Of a stretch of DNA of 30,552 nt, positions 26,641 through 30,552 are shown in pieces. The position numbers and the translations under genes were made by a program. Under the pieces are notes generated by a model that worked only from the letters and a program-made list of their open reading frames with translations, searched no databases and had not been told where the DNA came from. Within the stretch, counting starts at the first letter, position 1. Every line of letters starts with the position of its first letter. The stretch lies in contig CAYGIL010000001.1 in the NCBI GenBank assembly GCA_964349965.1, forward strand, positions 1-30,552. Reading direction: 5' to 3'. This stretch comes from an uncultured Candidatus Saccharibacteria bacterium. GTDB taxonomy: Bacteria > Patescibacteriota > Minisyncoccia > Phycocordibacterales > UBA9973.

Positions 26641-26660
26641 ATGTTTTTATTACTTTTGTG

Positions 26661-26698
26661 TGCTAGGCAAGACCTAACATGTTAGGTCTTGCCTAGCA
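26661..26698. repeat. Perfect 38-bp palindrome between rplN and rplX
   Basis: TGCTAGGCAAGACCTAACA|TGTTAGGTCTTGCCTAGCA. Confidence 0.9.
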
Positions 26699-26704
26699 AT
26701 CTTA

Positions 26705-27076
26705 CTAAATCACTTCAGGTGCCAAAGAAACAATTTTCTGAAAACCCAACTCGCCGAGTTCGCGCGGGATCGGACCGAATATGCGACCTGCCTTTGGGTC
26801 TTTCTTGCCTTTTTCTAAAAGTACGACTGCATTATCATCAAAGCGAATATACGAACCGTCTTTACGGCGGTATGCAGCACGAGTACGAACAACGACAGCC
26901 TGATGCACGTCCTTCTTCTTAACAGCCTTTCTCGGAGTTGCAACCTTAACTGAGATCACTACGATCTCACCAAGCTTTGCATAACGCTTCTTTGAAGAGC
27001 CTAAAATCTTGAACACTTTTCCGATAGTGCCTCCTGCGTTATCCGTTATTTTTACTAATGTTTCATTTTGTACCAT
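26705..27076 (-). CDS. rplN: 50S ribosomal protein L14
   Basis: DNAG, AVVVRT, YIRFDDNAVV, RIFGPIPREL, SLAPEVI. Confidence 0.97.
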   Translation of the reverse strand: MVQNETLVKITDNAGGTIGKVFKILGSSKKRYAKLGEIVVISVKVATPRKAVKKKDVHQAVVVRTRAAYRRKDGSYIRFDDNAVVLLEKGKKDPKAGRIFGPIPRELGELGFQKIVSLAPEVI

Positions 27077-27103
27077 ATAGCTTTAATTCTATTTGCAATT
27101 ATA

Positions 27104-27358
27104 TTATTTGACTACCACAAATCTTTTGTCTTTTGAGATAGGCTTTGTCTCTCGGATCTCAACTGTTTCGCCTACCTTTGATGCGTTTTCTTCATCATGT
27201 GCCTTGTATTTCTTGCTCACTTTGTAGTACTTGCCGTAGAGTGGATGCTTTACAAAGCGAGTGACGGACACCACGATAGTCTTTGCCATCTTGTCGGATA
27301 CGACTACTCCCTTTAGGGTATTTCCAGCTATTTTCTTGTTGTTTACTTTCTTTTCCAT
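27104..27358 (-). CDS. rpsQ: 30S ribosomal protein S17
   Basis: [34 protein letters not shown]. Confidence 0.97.
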   Translation of the reverse strand: MEKKVNNKKIAGNTLKGVVVSDKMAKTIVVSVTRFVKHPLYGKYYKVSKKYKAHDEENASKVGETVEIRETKPISKDKRFVVVK

Positions 27359-27367
27359 AAAATTAAA

Positions 27368-27562
27368 TTATTTTTGCGCATTCATTGCAGTAAGGACGCG
27401 AGCTATCTGTCGACGTGTTGTACCGTACTCCTTTACGTTCTTCTGTCGTGAACCCTCAGATTTGAATCGCATTGTACGGAGACTCTCCGTAAGTGTTGCG
27501 AGATTCTTCTTGAGATCCTCACTCTTCATGCCTTTTAAATTTTCCTTTTTGCTCTTTGCCAT
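27368..27562 (-). CDS. rpmC: 50S ribosomal protein L29
   Basis: LRTMRF, RRQIARVLT; lies between rplP and rpsQ. Confidence 0.92.
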   Translation of the reverse strand: MAKSKKENLKGMKSEDLKKNLATLTESLRTMRFKSEGSRQKNVKEYGTTRRQIARVLTAMNAQK

Positions 27563-27571
27563 ATACTTAAA

Positions 27572-27994
27572 TTACTTATTGCGGGAAATTATGCGAACTT
27601 TTATCGGAAGCTTACTACCTGCCTTTCGAAGTGCTTCGTGCGCAGTCTTCTCATCTACACCGTCAACTTCGAACACGATACGGCCCGGGAATACGTCAAA
27701 GCAATAACCCTGTGGGTCACCCTTACCCTTACCCATGCCCACTTCTGCAGCCTTTGATGTATACGGTCGATCCGGGAATATTCTAATCCAGTATTTACCA
27801 GCCTTTGTGAGTGTACGAGAGATAACCTTTCGAGCTGCTTCAATCTGTTGAGATCGAATACGAGCCTGTGTTTCAGATTTAAGTCCAAAAGAACCAAAAG
27901 AAAGTTTGTTTCCTCGTGTATCAGGCGAAATAGCCTTCTTGTTCATTCGACCAGTTTGCCATTTTCGAAATTTTACTTTTTTCGGTAACAACAT
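27572..27994 (-). CDS. rplP: 50S ribosomal protein L16
   Basis: MLLPKKVKFRK, QIEAAR, WIRIFPD, MGKGKG, KLPIK. Confidence 0.97.
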   Translation of the reverse strand: MLLPKKVKFRKWQTGRMNKKAISPDTRGNKLSFGSFGLKSETQARIRSQQIEAARKVISRTLTKAGKYWIRIFPDRPYTSKAAEVGMGKGKGDPQGYCFDVFPGRIVFEVDGVDEKTAHEALRKAGSKLPIKVRIISRNK

Positions 27995-27998
27995 AAAA

Positions 27999-28682
27999 TT
28001 AATTTATCCCGCCACGGGCAGGCTTCTTATCTGCAAAAATCTTTCCTCGATAAATCCAAACCTTGATACCGATAACACCGTATGAAAGAGTCGCTCGCTC
28101 ACGTTTGAAATCGATATCTGCACGGAAAGTTTGAAGTGGAATTGATCCGCGCTTGAGCTCCTCCGTACGCGCGATCTCAGCACCTCCAAGTCTTCCTGAT
28201 AAAACAATACGTGCACCGAGCACACCTCGAGCGCTCATCACCTTTTCCATGATTGATTTTACAACACGACGGTATGGCATTCGCTTTTCGAGTCCTTCTG
28301 CTACCATGAATGCAACAATTGCTGCATCTGCTTCAGGATTCTGAACTTCTACAATTTCTAGCTTAAAGTCCTCTGGACGAGCGAGCTTCAAGTAGTCCAT
28401 CTTCTTCAAAATATCTTCTTTGAGTTTTGTTGCACCTTCGCCGTTTCGGCCAATGATGAGACCCGGACGTGAAGTCTTTATGATAAATCTAGTTGCCTTT
28501 TGACTACGTTCTATTTCAATACTGGAAACGTACATCCCGCGTAACTTCTTTTCGAGGAATTGACGAACGAGAACATCACCTTTCAAGTACGCGACATACT
28601 TTTTAGGGTCAGCAAACCAACGAGACTTCCAGTCTCGGAGGATTACTAATCTATGTGCGTATGGATGGACTATTTTACTCAT
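27999..28682 (-). CDS. rpsC: 30S ribosomal protein S3
   Basis: KIVHPYAHRL, SRPGLIIG, SGRLGGAEIAR, PLQTFRADID, GIKVWIY. Confidence 0.97.
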   Translation of the reverse strand: MSKIVHPYAHRLVILRDWKSRWFADPKKYVAYLKGDVLVRQFLEKKLRGMYVSSIEIERSQKATRFIIKTSRPGLIIGRNGEGATKLKEDILKKMDYLKLARPEDFKLEIVEVQNPEADAAIVAFMVAEGLEKRMPYRRVVKSIMEKVMSARGVLGARIVLSGRLGGAEIARTEELKRGSIPLQTFRADIDFKRERATLSYGVIGIKVWIYRGKIFADKKPARGGIN

Positions 28683-28687
28683 ATGTT

Positions 28688-29086
28688 TTACTTTGCTGCT
28701 TTAGTTTTAGATTTTATTTCTTTCTTTGTTTCTTTCTTAGGTTTAGTTGCTTGAACAGATACTACCTTTTCACCAAGGATAAGAGTTACATTACTCGTAC
28801 GCTTGTTGATACGGTGTGCTGAGCCCATAGCTGCCGGCATCATACGCTTGAGCGTCACACCCTTGTCTACGCGAAGTTCCTGCACAAAAAGAGTTTCAGC
28901 TTCTTTACCTTGACCTTTTGCATTTGAAACGGCAGATACCAAAAGCTTACGGATCGGTCCACTCGCACGCTTTGCGAGAAAGTCTAACTGTGCGAGAGCA
29001 TCTCCTACATTCTTTCGTCGGATAAGTCCTGCCACAAGGCGAACCTTGCGAGGAGACTGTCTGTAGTTTTTAAGATATGCTTTCAT
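28688..29086 (-). CDS. rplV: 50S ribosomal protein L22
   Basis: RQSPRKVRLVA, VDKG..LKR..P.A.G....I.KRTS. Confidence 0.96.
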   Translation of the reverse strand: MKAYLKNYRQSPRKVRLVAGLIRRKNVGDALAQLDFLAKRASGPIRKLLVSAVSNAKGQGKEAETLFVQELRVDKGVTLKRMMPAAMGSAHRINKRTSNVTLILGEKVVSVQATKPKKETKKEIKSKTKAAK

Positions 29087-29112
29087 GAAAATTATTATAG
29101 TTAACTTGCGGA

Positions 29113-29457
29113 TTATTTCTTAGCATCAGTAGCGGCTGCTGTCGCTGCTTTTGCCTGAGCTATCTCAGCTTCTTTCTTCTTTGCTTCGAGCTCCTTCTGC
29201 ATTTTACCTCCGTGTTTCAAGAATTTCTTAGTAGGAGAGAATTCACCGAGTCTGTGACCTACCATGTCTTCAGTAACAAGTACTTCGATATGAGTCTTGC
29301 CGTTGTATACACCAAATTTGAATCCAAGCATCTCAGGTGAAATGACGCACGCACGATTCCACACCTTTATGAGAGGTGTGTTCAATGGAGTCTTGCCGAG
29401 TACTTTCTTAAGTATTCGTTCATCCACAAATATTCCCTTTTTGATTGATCGTGTCAT
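29113..29457 (-). CDS. rpsS: 30S ribosomal protein S19
   Basis: TRSIKKG.FVD, VYNGK, MVGHRLGEFSPT. Confidence 0.97.
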   Translation of the reverse strand: MTRSIKKGIFVDERILKKVLGKTPLNTPLIKVWNRACVISPEMLGFKFGVYNGKTHIEVLVTEDMVGHRLGEFSPTKKFLKHGGKMQKELEAKKKEAEIAQAKAATAAATDAKK

Positions 29458-29506
29458 GTCGATTTATCTATGCAAGCAAAACGGCTCTCATTCGAGCCTT
29501 GGAACC

Positions 29507-29534
29507 ATACTACCAGATTGCCAAAAAAAGTCAA
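29507..29534 (-). promoter_or_regulatory. Sigma70-type promoter in front of rpsS
   Basis: TTGACT, 16-nt spacer, TAGTAT. Confidence 0.7.
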
Positions 29535-29657
29535 ATTTCCAAAAGAGCATTAAAATTATTAGCTCGAACAAAATCGTGTTGACAAATTAGAAATATGTGG
29601 TCTTTTCATTTAACGTAAATAATTTCGGGGCACAACTGCGCTTGCAGCCATGCCCCG

Positions 29658-29762
29658 TTAGGCAGGTGGAAAGCCTAGAAAAATCCGGAACCATCCACCA
29701 GCCCAATTTGCCCCTCGGCTGACCCGAAGGACAAAAAACAAGAAACGCTCTTTTCTTTGCAT
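29658..29762 (-). CDS. 34-aa microprotein (not in ORF track; the track ORF 29587..29769 is another frame)
   Basis: AAAGGAGGTG precedes ATG 29762; MQRKERFLFFVLRVSRGANWAGGWFRIFLGFPPA; a CGGGGCA...TGCCCCG hairpin starts right after the stop. Confidence 0.5.
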   Translation of the reverse strand: MQRKERFLFFVLRVSRGANWAGGWFRIFLGFPPA

Positions 29763-29814
29763 AGAGCACCTCCTTTCTAATCCCTATTATTCAGAAATCT
29801 CAGAAAATTTCAAG

Positions 29815-30399
29815 TTAGACGGCTTCAGCAGGTTTCTTGGAAACATCTTCGTAAAACTTTGCTAACGTTACTTGAATATACGGGATAAGCCAAAGGAGGC
29901 CGATACCGAGGGTAAGGACGCAAAGCAATGCCCAGCCAAGGAATCGAAACCCGAGGAAAAATAACTTTTTCTTGTTACCCATCATCATTGCTTTACTCTT
30001 CTTGAGCGCATCGTGAGCACCGATAGATTTATCCTCTGCAAGAATGAAGAAAGTCTGTGAATAGCCGAGTGCAGCGATGATGCCTGGAATGATAAGGAGC
30101 AAGCTCCACAAAACCACAAAAACAACCACCAACAGATATGCTACCAATGCTCGCACAAAATCCTGAAACCCATCAAATATATTTTCAATTGAAGTTTCCT
30201 GTTTCCTTGCGAGAGCAAGAGAAAAGCCGGCAAGTCCGAGCGTCATCGGGCCTGAGATAAGAATACTACCGACATTCTTTGGGGCACTCACCAACATAAC
30301 AATAAGCATAAATACAAAATATCCTCCTATTGCGAGACCCCAGCGTCCCTTCAAAGCCTCCCTCGCCTATTGCATCAAAACTTTATTTTCTGTTTTCAT
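29815..30399 (-). pseudogene. DUF975-family membrane protein with an in-frame TAG at codon 11
   Basis: MKTENKVLMQ*AREALKGRWGLAIG; DUF975-like features IIPGIIAAL.YS, ALKKSK..M.G.K, GIGLLW..PY; TATACT 7 nt before ATG 30399. Confidence 0.7.
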
Positions 30400-30413
30400 A
30401 TAAATAAGTATAC

Positions 30414-30443
30414 AAAAAGAGTAGCTGTAAAGCTACTCTTTTT
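30414..30443 (-). terminator. Terminator downstream of 5S rRNA
   Basis: AAAAAGAGTAGCT-GTAA-AGCTACTCTTTTT. Confidence 0.85.
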
Positions 30444-30458
30444 AGAATCAAATTCTCA

Positions 30459-30552
30459 GTGCTGGCGACTGCCTACTTTCGCCCCTAAGGACTATCATCG
30501 GCTCAACAAGGCTTAACTTCTCTGACCAGCTAGCGACTAGCTAGGACGGTCC
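30459..30552 (-). rRNA. rrf: 5S ribosomal RNA (3' part; 5' end lies outside the window)
   Basis: Minus strand AGAGAAGTTAAG...GCCGATGATAGT...GCGAAAGTAGG...GTCGCCAGC matches the 5S 3' half (GAAGTGAAAC...GCCGATGGTAGT...GAGAGTAGG pattern). Confidence 0.88.

Noticed and set aside
344-29769. The many 60-200 aa ORFs antisense or out of frame to housekeeping genes in the track (e.g. 6659..7258, 14801..15253, 22507..23040, 29587..29769)
   Set aside because: Shadow ORFs overlapping well-supported genes, with no motifs or initiation signals.
25535-30399. Stop-codon reassignment (TAA/TAG to Gln) as the explanation for the two interrupted genes
   Set aside because: TAA and TAG end many intact essential genes in this window (e.g. 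secY and rplE with TAA; ftsH and rplF with TAG), so global recoding is not supported.

Overview
This window looks like a Patescibacteria (CPR, Parcubacteria-like) chromosome segment. That assignment is inferred from gene content: no rpmD, shortened L15/L24, archaeal-type UMP and CMP kinases, and a CPR-type VirB4/HerA-like ATPase. Genetic code 11 translates all housekeeping genes intact. In order, the window holds a partial recG; a three-gene B12 cassette (CbrT-like ECF S component, class II ribonucleotide reductase NrdJ, PduO adenosyltransferase); tRNA-Ile(UAU); ftsH; an EEP hydrolase; a GIY-YIG nuclease downstream of smpB-tmRNA; infC-rpmI-rplT; SLOG and beta-CASP genes; ndk; map-pyrH-adk with cmk inverted; a split S10/spc ribosomal operon (rpsS to secY); and the 3' part of a 5S rRNA. 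Features missing from or mis-started in the ORF track: four microprotein ORFs with strong Shine-Dalgarno sites and hairpins (one a C2H2 zinc-finger-like 45-mer, one a hydrophobic 32-mer on a highly folded mRNA), a promoter-to-terminator 6S-like RNA candidate, REP-like palindromes (one inserted in frame in map), two genes with single in-frame stops, and a hairpin insertion in 5S rRNA. All calls come from motif recognition by eye; no database searches or folding programs were run.
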